A stretch of 64,000 nt of DNA from the NCBI GenBank assembly GCA_036170905.1, contig JAVHQB010000093.1, positions 123 through 64,122 on the forward strand. Reading direction: 5' to 3'. Origin of the DNA: Minisyncoccota bacterium (GTDB taxonomy: Bacteria; Patescibacteriota; Minisyncoccia; UBA6257; JAVHQB01). The position numbers and the translations under genes are program-made. The number at the start of each line of letters is the position of its first letter. Position 1 is the stretch's first letter. Below the pieces are notes generated by a model, which had not been told where the DNA came from, did no database searches, and worked only from the letters and a program-made list of their open reading frames with translations. Positions 48,361 to 58,053 of the stretch are shown here, one piece after another.

Positions 48361-51300
48361 CTAGCTACCCCCTATCCCAAATAATAGAATTAACTATTCG
48401 ATTTTATTATTCTTATATACTCTAAACGAATGATTAAAAACATAATCATAAATACTGAAATAATTATGCCTTGGCGTAGGAAACAACGGATTAAACTCCT
48501 TGATCATGGTGAATTTCTTATCAATATATTTATATACCGGTTTCAATTTTTCAGGTATCACCCGCGTTTGATCAATTATAACATAATCAAATTCGTTGTC
48601 TTTAAAGAAATGTTCCAGGTTTTTAAAGTCGTACTGCCAATCCATAACGGTAACCCGGTAAGGTATTTGCTGATTATAAAACAATAATGGCTCAAGCTTT
48701 CCTCTCCCACCGAGATCATCTCCATCAAACAAGATGCTGCTACCAGCGGGAATGCTTCCTAGTATCCAATTCTCTATATCTTTTTGTATAGGTTTTTGGG
48801 AGGTCCAACGTTTATAATAAATAGCTTCTTTAAGCGAAGGAAAAGCAAGGCAACAAATTATTAAACACAAAATCAAAGTCTTTTTGTTATTTAAGTAGAT
48901 TTTCCCAGAAACAAATAATAAGAAATTAACCGCCAGCAATATCATAAAAGGAACAGCCGGTAAAATATATTCTATTAGACAAAAATAAAATTGTCCCAGG
49001 AATAAATAATAGCTCAATGGAAAAGCAAATATTAATATATCTTTTTTGCTATGCCTGATTAGACTCAATAATAAGCCGGCAATCGAAAGAATAAAAATTC
49101 CTAATCCCAGCCCGGAAATAAGGGAATTCGGATAACTAACCCAACCTATTCTTTGGGCCAAGGTTTGATAAATTGTATTATAGACCGATACAGGCGTAGT
49201 GTGAGTATCCACAAAAAACTTTAAGGTGCTACTAACCTCTTGGATATGCATAACCATCCGGGGAAAACTAGTAATAAACAAAACGAGTACGGTCATGCCA
49301 AAACAGAGATATAAATATTTTTTATCCTCCTTGTTTCTTTTACTAAAAAAATGCGCTATCAGTAAAGGTATTACGCAAAAAATACCGAAATATTTTGTTG
49401 CTGCAGCTAAGCCAATAAATAAACCGGAGAGAATATAATATTTCTTTTTGGGAGAATCGACAAATATCTTACAAATATATAAAAAAGCCAGGCAGATAAA
49501 AAATAACTGGAAGTTATCCGGGCCAATTGCATCTATGGAAGTATAAACGTGTAAAGGTACAACTGCTAAAAATAACGCACAAAATAAACCGGCTAAGCTA
49601 TTGAACAAATCCTTAGCAATCAAAAATAATACCGGCACAGTAAGGGTCCCTATAATTGCAACTATCAGGCGATGCACAAATAAAAGTCTGACATAATCTA
49701 TGCTGTAATTTATATTAAAAGCCTTAATTAAATCCGCCATGCTTCTAAAATGTCCTAATAAAAAATAAAACAAAAAATATATCTTATTTATAAAGACGAG
49801 CAATAAATCAAAAAAAGGCGGGTAGTTAAACATCTTTACGTCTGAAACAAAACCCATCAATATATTTCGTATATACTGGGGTTCTTCAAAAAAAATTCCT
49901 CCTTGCAAATGGTGATCGATTTTATATATTCTTAAGAAGAATGCTAATATAATTATTAAAAATAGCGCTAGATTATTTATAAAAGAATTCCTTTTTGAAA
50001 TATTCATCTAGCTACCCCCTATCCCAAATAATAGAGTTAACTATTCGATTTTATTATTCTTATATATCTCAAATGAATGATTATAAAAAACGCCATAAAT
50101 ACTGAAATAATTATGCCTTGGCGTAGGAAACAACGGATTAAACTCCTTGATCATGGTGAATTTCTTATCAATATATTTATATACCGGTTTCAATTTTTCA
50201 GGTATCACCCGCGTTTGATCAATTATAACATAATCAAATTCGTTGTCTTTAAAGAAATGTTCCAGGTTTTTAAAGTCGTACTGCCAATCCATAACGGTAA
50301 CCCGGTAAGGTATTTGCTGATTATAAAACAATAATGGCTCAAGCTTTCCTCTCCCACCGAGATCATCTCCATCAAACAAGATGCTGCTACCAGCGGGAAT
50401 GCTTCCTAGTATCCAATTCTCTATATCTTTTTGTATAGGTTTTTGGGAGGTCCAACGTTTATAATAAATAGCTTCTTTAAGCGAAGGAAAAGCAAGGCAA
50501 CAAATTATTAAACACAAAATCAAAGTCTTTTTGTTATTTAAGTAGATTTTCCCAGAAACAAATAATAAGAAATTAACCGCCAGCAATATCATAAAAGGAA
50601 CAGCCGGTAAAATATATTCTATTAGACAAAAATAAAATTGTCCCAGGAATAAATAATAGCTCAATGGAAAAGCAAATATTAATATATCTTTTTTGCTATG
50701 CCTGATTAGACTCAATAATAAGCCGGCAATCGAAAGAATAAAAATTCCTAATCCCAGCCCGGAAATAAGGGAATTCGGATAACTAACCCAACCTATTCTT
50801 TGGGCCAAGGTTTGATAAATTGTATTATAGACCGATACAGGCGTAGTGTGAGTATCCACAAAAAACTTTAAGGTGCTACTAACCTCTTGGATATGCATAA
50901 CCATCCGGGGAAAACTAGTAATAAACAAAACGAGTACGGTCATGCCAAAACAGAGATATAAATATTTTTTATCCTCCTTGTTTCTTTTACTAAAAAAATG
51001 CGCTATCAGTAAAGGTATTACGCAAAAAATACCGAAATATTTTGTTGCTGCAGCTAAGCCAATAAATAAACCGGAGAGAATATAATATTTCTTTTTGGGA
51101 GAATCGACAAATATCTTACAAATATATAAAAAAGCCAGGCAGATAAAAAATAACTGGAAGTTATCCGGGCCAATTGCATCTATGGAAGTATAAACGTGTA
51201 AAGGTACAACTGCTAAAAATAACGCACAAAATAAACCGGCTAAGCTATTGAACAAATCCTTAGCAATCAAAAATAATACCGGCACAGTAAGGGTCCCTAT

Positions 51301-51647
51301 AATTGCAACTATCAGGCGATGCACAAATAAAAGTCTGACATAATCTATGCTGTAATTTATATTAAAAGCCTTAATTAAATCCGCCATGCTTCTAAAATGT
51401 CCTAATAAAAAATAAAACAAAAAATATATCTTATTTATAAAGACGAGCAATAAATCAAAAAAAGGCGGGTAGTTAAACATCTTTACGTCTGAAACAAAAC
51501 CCATCAATATATTTCGTATATACTGGGGTTCTTCAAAAAAAATTCCTCCTTGCAAATGGTGATCGATTTTATATATTCTTAAGAAGAATGCTAATATAAT
51601 TATTAAAAATAGCGCTAGATTATTTATAAAAGAATTCCTTTTTGAAA
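48354..51647. repeat. Exact tandem direct duplication, 2 x 1647 bp
   Basis: 48354-50000 and 50001-51647 are near-identical by eye, including the 33-nt spacer ctagctaccccctatcccaaataatag(a/g)ttaactattcg. Differences cluster at the 3' end of the gene. Confidence 0.85.
48394..50007 (-). CDS. GT-C-fold glycosyltransferase, ArnT/PMT-like (tandem copy 1)
   Basis: Polytopic, with LAAATKYFGIFCVIPLL and a GT39-like layout. Identical to copy 2 except for about 6 residues at the extreme C-terminus. Confidence 0.65.
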   Translation of the reverse strand: MNISKRNSFINNLALFLIIILAFFLRIYKIDHHLQGGIFFEEPQYIRNILMGFVSDVKMFNYPPFFDLLLVFINKIYFLFYFLLGHFRSMADLIKAFNINYSIDYVRLLFVHRLIVAIIGTLTVPVLFLIAKDLFNSLAGLFCALFLAVVPLHVYTSIDAIGPDNFQLFFICLAFLYICKIFVDSPKKKYYILSGLFIGLAAATKYFGIFCVIPLLIAHFFSKRNKEDKKYLYLCFGMTVLVLFITSFPRMVMHIQEVSSTLKFFVDTHTTPVSVYNTIYQTLAQRIGWVSYPNSLISGLGLGIFILSIAGLLLSLIRHSKKDILIFAFPLSYYLFLGQFYFCLIEYILPAVPFMILLAVNFLLFVSGKIYLNNKKTLILCLIICCLAFPSLKEAIYYKRWTSQKPIQKDIENWILGSIPAGSSILFDGDDLGGRGKLEPLLFYNQQIPYRVTVMDWQYDFKNLEHFFKDNEFDYVIIDQTRVIPEKLKPVYKYIDKKFTMIKEFNPLFPTPRHNYFSIYDYVFNHSFRVYKNNKIE

Positions 51648-51654
51648 TATTCAT
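50041..51654 (-). CDS. GT-C-fold glycosyltransferase, ArnT/PMT-like (tandem copy 2)
   Basis: Protein sequence identical to 48394-50007 over about 515 aa. Confidence 0.65.
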   Translation of the reverse strand: MNISKRNSFINNLALFLIIILAFFLRIYKIDHHLQGGIFFEEPQYIRNILMGFVSDVKMFNYPPFFDLLLVFINKIYFLFYFLLGHFRSMADLIKAFNINYSIDYVRLLFVHRLIVAIIGTLTVPVLFLIAKDLFNSLAGLFCALFLAVVPLHVYTSIDAIGPDNFQLFFICLAFLYICKIFVDSPKKKYYILSGLFIGLAAATKYFGIFCVIPLLIAHFFSKRNKEDKKYLYLCFGMTVLVLFITSFPRMVMHIQEVSSTLKFFVDTHTTPVSVYNTIYQTLAQRIGWVSYPNSLISGLGLGIFILSIAGLLLSLIRHSKKDILIFAFPLSYYLFLGQFYFCLIEYILPAVPFMILLAVNFLLFVSGKIYLNNKKTLILCLIICCLAFPSLKEAIYYKRWTSQKPIQKDIENWILGSIPAGSSILFDGDDLGGRGKLEPLLFYNQQIPYRVTVMDWQYDFKNLEHFFKDNEFDYVIIDQTRVIPEKLKPVYKYIDKKFTMIKEFNPLFPTPRHNYFSIYGVFYNHSFEIYKNNKIE

Positions 51655-51680
51655 TTTAATTTATAATTTTTATAGATAGC

Positions 51681-52775
51681 TTACTCATAACTGATAAACT
51701 TATAAAGTTTTGGGATAGCATCAATCCTGTTTATTACCGTATCATAATCGAGGTCCAGCCTATTAAGATACTCCCTAATCGCTGCATATCTTGGCTTATT
51801 CTCTTCCTGCGTAATCCTCAATGCTTCAGCCCTAGTCAGCATACCCTCCCTTATCTGATTACTGCGAAAGGCATCGTTTTCAGTAAATCCGGCAACGGTA
51901 TAATAGATATAATTATAAAATGGCGAGGTGCCATCGTCAACTCTCCAGGTAAGTATGGTGTCTTTTGCTGTTTCCCAATTATACTCTTTTCTTAATGTTG
52001 ATACTATTTGTTCTTCTTCCCACTTAAGATAATGATACAAATATATAAAATTATAACGCACTATATACGTAGTCCAATAGGCAAACATCGTTTCAATTAT
52101 TGATTTGTTAAAATAAGAAGGATTTAAAGCATGTTGGAAACCAGCAGATAATGCTAATTTTAGTCTTCCGGCAATATTCATTTCATGCATAACGCCATTG
52201 GGTTCGCTGTTTTTGACCCCCAGAAAACCAAATTTTAACTCAGTAGTCTCCAATTCGTTTCCTCGACATAAGAAGATTAATTTAATGCCATATTTCTTGG
52301 CCACCTGAGTAACATAATATTCTACAGGCTTATCCCCCGCCATAAATAAAGGGATCATCCCTAAATGTGGTTTTTTAAGCCAAGCACTTATATACTGACG
52401 GATATATCTCCTCTTTTGTTTAATATTTGCTGCTATTATTATGTGCTCAACCCCGAGCTTACCTACTAATCTGGCCTGATTTCTGCGGGCATCGTCGCTG
52501 ACCATACCCCAGTCAAAAGTAAAAGCAATGGGATTCATCTTTAGGATTTTCTTTACATAATATAATCCAAAAGAACTATCCCTGCCTCCACTAAAGGCAA
52601 CTATACAATCAGGCAAGCAGGATTTGCTGCGATATGGGGCAACCAGATCTTTTAATAGATCCTCCCCCTTGACTTTAATTTTTTTATAGTTAAGGCAATA
52701 ATTACAGACACCCTCCTCATTAAATTTAATAAAAGGCATGGTCTCGGGCAATATGCATATGGAACACCTTATCAT
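51681..52775 (-). CDS. N-acetyl-sugar amidotransferase, PP-loop ATP pyrophosphatase (WbuX/WbpG-like)
   Basis: N-terminal zinc ribbon CSIC...CNYC. FSGGRDSS is the PP-loop SGGxDS motif. Confidence 0.65.
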   Translation of the reverse strand: MIRCSICILPETMPFIKFNEEGVCNYCLNYKKIKVKGEDLLKDLVAPYRSKSCLPDCIVAFSGGRDSSFGLYYVKKILKMNPIAFTFDWGMVSDDARRNQARLVGKLGVEHIIIAANIKQKRRYIRQYISAWLKKPHLGMIPLFMAGDKPVEYYVTQVAKKYGIKLIFLCRGNELETTELKFGFLGVKNSEPNGVMHEMNIAGRLKLALSAGFQHALNPSYFNKSIIETMFAYWTTYIVRYNFIYLYHYLKWEEEQIVSTLRKEYNWETAKDTILTWRVDDGTSPFYNYIYYTVAGFTENDAFRSNQIREGMLTRAEALRITQEENKPRYAAIREYLNRLDLDYDTVINRIDAIPKLYKFISYE

Positions 52776-53590
52776 TGTGTTTTCGCAACCCCCTCTCTAT
52801 GTATATCGCTATCAGACAACAAATTCAGCGTAACTCTTTCTTCACTAAAATTAAGCGTATTTATTAAAACAGCCTGATTTGGCTGAAGTTGAGATATACA
52901 GTATTGCCCTATAAACTTTACTAATTTAAGTTTCTTGATTATTTCCTGTAACATAATTAACTCTGAAGCAAAGAAAAAAATATCTCTTTTAATATTAGTA
53001 CAGTAATAAATTGAACCTTTGTTTGTAGCTAACAATACACGGTTACGTTGCGCTATAAATGCAGCCAGGGAAGCTGAACCTTCTATATATCGAAAAGTAG
53101 ACTGGACGGCAGATGCCAAAGAAAACTCTGGTTTACTAATGAAAAACTCCAGCAAGTTAAACAAAGTCTCACTATCCGCAGAACCTCTTCTTGTGCCTAA
53201 CTTAAACATATCATTAAGTTCGGTATCATTAACAACAATACCATTGTGTACCCCGATTACAACACCCGATACCAAAGGACAGTTATTATTATTGTCCTGT
53301 TGTTGACCATTTGTAGCTAACCGGGCTTGTCCTAGAATAGCAATTGGTTTTGCAGTAAAACCACCGAATACCCGATTCATTAATTCCTTATACTTTATTT
53401 TTTTAACAAGCACAGATGCACAAACAGGTTCTTTATATATAAACAATTCCTGCGTAGTAATAACAGCAATACCTGCCGCATCTTTTCCGCGAGACTCGGA
53501 TAATATAAATAAATTTGTAGTCAGCTTCCGCATTAATTTTGGCGGATATCCTGAATCTTTAGCTGAAAATACTCCGAATATGCCACACAT
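52772..53590 (-). CDS. Stand-alone class II (Ntn) glutamine amidotransferase domain protein
   Basis: Begins MCGIFGVF, with Cys at position 2 as the nucleophile. It has no synthetase domain. A 4-nt overlap suggests translational coupling to the PP-loop protein. Confidence 0.6.
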   Translation of the reverse strand: MCGIFGVFSAKDSGYPPKLMRKLTTNLFILSESRGKDAAGIAVITTQELFIYKEPVCASVLVKKIKYKELMNRVFGGFTAKPIAILGQARLATNGQQQDNNNNCPLVSGVVIGVHNGIVVNDTELNDMFKLGTRRGSADSETLFNLLEFFISKPEFSLASAVQSTFRYIEGSASLAAFIAQRNRVLLATNKGSIYYCTNIKRDIFFFASELIMLQEIIKKLKLVKFIGQYCISQLQPNQAVLINTLNFSEERVTLNLLSDSDIHREGVAKTQ

Positions 53591-53636
53591 TATTTAAAAA
53601 CTTAAAGTAGGAGAGAATTTTGGTCCTGATTAAATT

Positions 53637-54365
53637 TTATTTAATTACACTTGATTTTCTGTTAATTACTTTAATCTTTGAAGCAACCACCAGGTCTAAA
53701 AACAGACCGCCAAAAAAATCAAAGACGTTGGGATTTCCCCTCCGGCAATAAGGGCCATCTATTAAATAGCTATTGTTAATATTATATCCTAACCGGCCTG
53801 CGATAACCCCGATTTGACTGGCGCAAGAATATCTAAAAGCAGTATAAAAATCTAATAAATCAGCAATAAGGGTTATTTTTAATATTTTAAATCCGCAGTG
53901 AATATCATAAAATCTGAATTTTGCTAAATACGATACAAATGCCGATGATAATTTATTTCCAATAATTCTATATAATGGATAAAACAAGAGGTTCCTTCTG
54001 GCAACCAAAAGGTCTAACTTATTGTCTAGAAAGTATCTATACATAGCTGTGATATTTTCCGGATCGTGCTGTCCATCAGCATCAATAAGAACAACGCAAT
54101 CATTTTTAGTATAAATTCCCAATTTATACTGCTTTAAAATAAAACTAAACCCCTGCTCTATGGCATAGGCCATCCCGTTATTATTTTTAAGAGAAATATA
54201 ATATGTCTTCTCTTTTTTCTTTACCCAGTCTCCTATTAACGAATCTGTGCTATCGCAAGAGCCGTCATTTATTATTACTATAGAACCTACCTGCTTTTCT
54301 AATTTCTGCAGAACGCCGATAACGGTTTCTGCTTCATTAAATACCGGAATTAATCCAATCAACAT
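53637..54365 (-). CDS. GT2 polyprenyl-phosphate glycosyltransferase (GtrB/ArnC/DPM1-like); makes a polyprenyl-P-sugar donor
   Basis: GLIPVFNE, IINDGSCDST and LIDADGQHDP are the GT2 DxD/DAD motifs. 242 aa with no C-terminal membrane domain. Confidence 0.6.
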   Translation of the reverse strand: MLIGLIPVFNEAETVIGVLQKLEKQVGSIVIINDGSCDSTDSLIGDWVKKKEKTYYISLKNNNGMAYAIEQGFSFILKQYKLGIYTKNDCVVLIDADGQHDPENITAMYRYFLDNKLDLLVARRNLLFYPLYRIIGNKLSSAFVSYLAKFRFYDIHCGFKILKITLIADLLDFYTAFRYSCASQIGVIAGRLGYNINNSYLIDGPYCRRGNPNVFDFFGGLFLDLVVASKIKVINRKSSVIK

Positions 54366-54379
54366 ATCAACAATACCAA

Positions 54380-55939
54380 TTATGAATCATACCACTCGGG
54401 CTTTCTAAGACGCATAAAACCTGTAATTCCCTCAAATTTTTTCCTTCTTAAAATAGTATCCATAACGCCCAGAAAAAGCATCTTCATTGTATTGCGGAAA
54501 AACCACCAGTAAAGGCCTCTTTTATGTTTATAGGGAGAGAACAATCCTCTGATCAACCAATGTGGCCGGTATAATATATACCGCTTATTAAGCTCCATGT
54601 TCAACTTGGCAAATTCTTCCATCGATAGCCCATGATCAGAACGCATTATCGGAGTAGCCCAGTCGTATTTTTTAAAATCTTTTTCTGCCAAAATATCATT
54701 TTTTAAGGCTTCCTGGTAAAGAAATGTTCCGGGAACCGGCGCCACGGGATGAAAAGCCGGATAATCTATATCTATTTCAACGGCATACTTCACCAAATCA
54801 AGCATTGACTCTCTGGTATCAAAAGGTAGGCAAGTGATAAAAGTACCCTGCCGGAATACCTGCGGATATTTCTTTTTAAAAATAAGAAAAACTTCTTTTA
54901 CTAAATCACGGGTATAAACAGATTTTTGTATTTTCCTAAGGTCTTCCGTACACCCCCTCTCTACACCAATGAGAGGATGAATTAATCCGGCACGGACCAT
55001 TTTATCCAAAATACCTGCTGACTCATCCCGCAGCAGATAATCTGCCCTTAAAAAGGCCCACCAATACAAATCTTTATAATTCCTCTTTAACAGCCCCTCA
55101 CAAAAATCATTGGTCCATCTAGAATCAACATTGAAAGTCGGATCTGCCCAGATTATATATTTTCGATTATACTTCTTATAAACAATATCTACTTCTTCCA
55201 GCGTTCTTTCTACGCTCTTACTTCTATATTTAGGCATTACCTCCAGTTCGCCTTTTTCTATATCTGTTTTTAGGTGTTGGCCCCAAAATGTCCAAAGAGA
55301 ACAAAAATTACATCTATCTACACAACCCCGAGAATGTTCAAGAGTAGCACTTTGAGGCCAAAGATAACCAAATGGAGAATACTTTCCCATAGGCATAAGG
55401 TCATATGCCGGCAAAACAAGTGTATCCAGATCTCTTATTAAAGGCCGAAGAGATGTTTTGATTATCTGGCCATTATTCTTATAAGCAATACCCTTAATTT
55501 GAGATAAATCTTTCTTTTCTTTGAGCGCCCTAATTAACTCCACTATTGTCTCCTCACCTTCAAATCTTACAATAAAATCGATAGGGAAGTTATCTAAACT
55601 ATAGTCCACCATCCAAGAAAAGAAATGCCCTCCGGCAATTGTAATTATAGCGGGGTTGATCTCCTTTACTAATTTAAACAACCTGACGGCCTCATGATAG
55701 TAGAGAGCTTCTTCTCCGGCTCCGACCATATCTGGTTTCTCTTCTCTTATTACCTTGCTCAAACTTTCCCATCCTATCTTAAGTGGTGGGCAATCGATAA
55801 TTTTTATTTCTAGATCAGGAAACTTTGATCTTATCGCTGCAGCTAAGCAAGGCAAACCCAGGGGGAGAAGAAAATTGTCAGATTCATTTATAAATGGCCA
55901 CAGGAATCTCGGAGGTCTAACCAGTAATATTTTTTTCAT
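54380..55939 (-). CDS. B12-binding-domain radical SAM enzyme
   Basis: N-terminus MKKILLVRPPRF...LGLPCLAAA. HSRGCVDRCNFC is the CxxxCxxC motif. Confidence 0.7.
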   Translation of the reverse strand: MKKILLVRPPRFLWPFINESDNFLLPLGLPCLAAAIRSKFPDLEIKIIDCPPLKIGWESLSKVIREEKPDMVGAGEEALYYHEAVRLFKLVKEINPAIITIAGGHFFSWMVDYSLDNFPIDFIVRFEGEETIVELIRALKEKKDLSQIKGIAYKNNGQIIKTSLRPLIRDLDTLVLPAYDLMPMGKYSPFGYLWPQSATLEHSRGCVDRCNFCSLWTFWGQHLKTDIEKGELEVMPKYRSKSVERTLEEVDIVYKKYNRKYIIWADPTFNVDSRWTNDFCEGLLKRNYKDLYWWAFLRADYLLRDESAGILDKMVRAGLIHPLIGVERGCTEDLRKIQKSVYTRDLVKEVFLIFKKKYPQVFRQGTFITCLPFDTRESMLDLVKYAVEIDIDYPAFHPVAPVPGTFLYQEALKNDILAEKDFKKYDWATPIMRSDHGLSMEEFAKLNMELNKRYILYRPHWLIRGLFSPYKHKRGLYWWFFRNTMKMLFLGVMDTILRRKKFEGITGFMRLRKPEWYDS

Positions 55940-57132
55940 TTCTGTTTAAATAAAATTTTAACTTTGAAATAAATCCTGTACAGTAATTTCAAGATATTTA
56001 ATTTAATCTCTACCATAAAAAAAACTATATTGGATCTTTGCAAAAAATACCTTCCCTCTTCAGGCAAGATTACTAGACCCACCTTTAAATTGGGAGCCAT
56101 TCCTATTGGAATAGCATTTTCTATACATACCTCATACAATCTTCTAAATACAGGGATCATCGTTTGGCTTTGTGGCGGCGCTAAATGCTCAAGAACTGTT
56201 CCTAAACAAGGCCTAAAAATACAAACCGTAGATACCGCACCGATTTTTGCAAAATATTCAATAGCTTTTATGGTGCTTTCTGGAGATTCCAAACCTGCAA
56301 TGATCTCCCCGGAAACCCTGCCTTTACCGAACACTTTAACACAATACTCGATAGCTTCTAAATACTTTCTTTGCGTGATATACTTATGTTTGCCAGGGCA
56401 TATTTCTGGAAATTTATATGAATCATAAATTTCCAGGCAAAAAGAAAGATGATCAACTCCGATTGTCTTTAAATAATCATATTTTTTAAAATCTGGAGCA
56501 GGTGGACATTGAACACCAACCAAAAGTCCTGTTTCTTTCTTTACTTTTTTTATATACGGCCCTAAAATTCCTAATTCTTCGCCAAAAAGGTACCCGGTAT
56601 TAAAATGAACAAAGGTAATCTTCTCTTCTCTTTGCGCAGCTTTAACTGTCTCTAAAACTTCCTGGATACTTTTTTCATATTCCTCAGTCTGCCCTACGTT
56701 TAAGCCTAGAGAACAAAATTTACAATTAACCGGCGGAGTCATCCGCCAAAATTCACAGACTCTTGTGGGATATACCCCTAAATATGTCCCCTGCATTACG
56801 CCAATGCGAGACATAATTTTTCCGGTAGATGTCAGCTTATCATAAAATTTTGGCTTGCCTGGCAGTCTAACCTTACAAATAATTACATTATTTTTCTTTA
56901 TAAAATAGGCGTTACCGTTCTTTAATAAAACATAGGGCGATTTTCCTACAAAATGCTCCACAACCGGAACATTTACATATAAATCTTTTGCCAAAACTAA
57001 CTCTAATCCACTTCCCAAACCACCTCTGGTGCGTAAAACTGGACGAGCGTCATTAAGCAAATCACAACTGGCATCTATTTTGATACCCTGGCAAAATAAC
57101 TCTAATTTTAATAGACCCGGATTAATTTTCAT
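55936..57132 (-). CDS. Cys-rich putative Fe-S enzyme with a radical-SAM-like Cx10Cx2C motif; family unresolved
   Basis: YPTRVCEFWRMTPPVNCKFCSLG has Cys at 126, 137 and 140. Further cysteines: CQGIKIDASC, VQCPPAP, CIFRPC. Its stop and start overlap both neighbours. Confidence 0.3.
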   Translation of the reverse strand: MKINPGLLKLELFCQGIKIDASCDLLNDARPVLRTRGGLGSGLELVLAKDLYVNVPVVEHFVGKSPYVLLKNGNAYFIKKNNVIICKVRLPGKPKFYDKLTSTGKIMSRIGVMQGTYLGVYPTRVCEFWRMTPPVNCKFCSLGLNVGQTEEYEKSIQEVLETVKAAQREEKITFVHFNTGYLFGEELGILGPYIKKVKKETGLLVGVQCPPAPDFKKYDYLKTIGVDHLSFCLEIYDSYKFPEICPGKHKYITQRKYLEAIEYCVKVFGKGRVSGEIIAGLESPESTIKAIEYFAKIGAVSTVCIFRPCLGTVLEHLAPPQSQTMIPVFRRLYEVCIENAIPIGMAPNLKVGLVILPEEGRYFLQRSNIVFFMVEIKLNILKLLYRIYFKVKILFKQK

Positions 57133-57995
57133 ATTTTAATAAGATAGGCAACAGCAAAACCGATCTGCCCTACGATAAGTATAAGATACATATGAATCCA
57201 GGAAATATGGTTTTTCTCTAAAGTAAGCTCTTGGGGACTTTGCCTAATTAACTTAGCTGTATATAGGCCCCAGATAGTTAAAAGTACTAAGGGTAATGTC
57301 GTTAACCTGATTATATGCATAATAATTCCTAGGGGAATAAGCAAAAAGGGGATATAAAAAAACGGGGAAATTATCTGCGTTGCTCTTTTTACGCCGTATA
57401 AAACCGGTAATGTCTTTATTCCAAATTGACTATCTCCTTTTATATCGTTGAAATCTTTTGTCGTTGCTGCGCCCGCAAGATATAAAGCAAATATCAGGCC
57501 GATAAACCATGGCTGGATATTAAATATTGGCTTAGTTACGCTCCAACCGGCAACAATCAAAAGCATCCCTCTGGGCAAAGCAATAGAGATATTGCTAAGA
57601 AACGGATACTGCTTAATTCTAAATGGGGGAGCGGAATAAAAGAATGAAATAATTGAAGTTATTAATATAATCAAAAACAATCTTAGGCTTATAAGCCACG
57701 ATAAAATTAATGCGCTAAAATAAAGTAGTAACGTAAAAATTATTATCTGCCTCTTAGATATTCTCCCGGAAGGAAAAGGCCTAAAAGGTTTATTTATTCT
57801 ATCTATATCTAAATCAAAATACTGATTATTCACATTAGAGGCGGCATTAAGTATGGCGGCCGACAAAGCGCCCACTAAACAATAGAAATTTGGCATAGCC
57901 TCAGATGCGATTATTGCACCCGATAAAAATCCCACCATAGGCGCAATTAGCGTAAACGGACGAACCAGCTCTAAATAGATCTTTAGTTTCGCCAT
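57129..57995 (-). CDS. UbiA-family membrane prenyltransferase (polyprenyl- or phosphoribosyl-transferase type; substrate unknown)
   Basis: NVNNQYFDLDIDRIN is an NxxxDxxxD motif. A second Asp-rich motif (KDFNDIKGD) and about eight transmembrane helices. Confidence 0.7.
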   Translation of the reverse strand: MAKLKIYLELVRPFTLIAPMVGFLSGAIIASEAMPNFYCLVGALSAAILNAASNVNNQYFDLDIDRINKPFRPFPSGRISKRQIIIFTLLLYFSALILSWLISLRLFLIILITSIISFFYSAPPFRIKQYPFLSNISIALPRGMLLIVAGWSVTKPIFNIQPWFIGLIFALYLAGAATTKDFNDIKGDSQFGIKTLPVLYGVKRATQIISPFFYIPFLLIPLGIIMHIIRLTTLPLVLLTIWGLYTAKLIRQSPQELTLEKNHISWIHMYLILIVGQIGFAVAYLIKI

Positions 57996-58053
57996 AAAAT
58001 TTAAATACTGCTTTTGGATTTTTCCAATCTAAAATTAGTATACTCTAACAACT

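Noticed and set aside
48354-51654. Possible insertion sequence or mobile element explaining the 1.65-kb repeat
   Set aside because: The repeat unit encodes only a GT-C glycosyltransferase. There is no transposase, no inverted terminal repeats and no target-site duplication pattern. It is a tandem gene duplication.
55936-57132. Calling 55936-57132 a definite radical SAM enzyme
   Set aside because: The Cx10Cx2C spacing and the missing GGEP-type motif are not enough for a firm call. I kept it as a Cys-rich putative Fe-S enzyme at low confidence.
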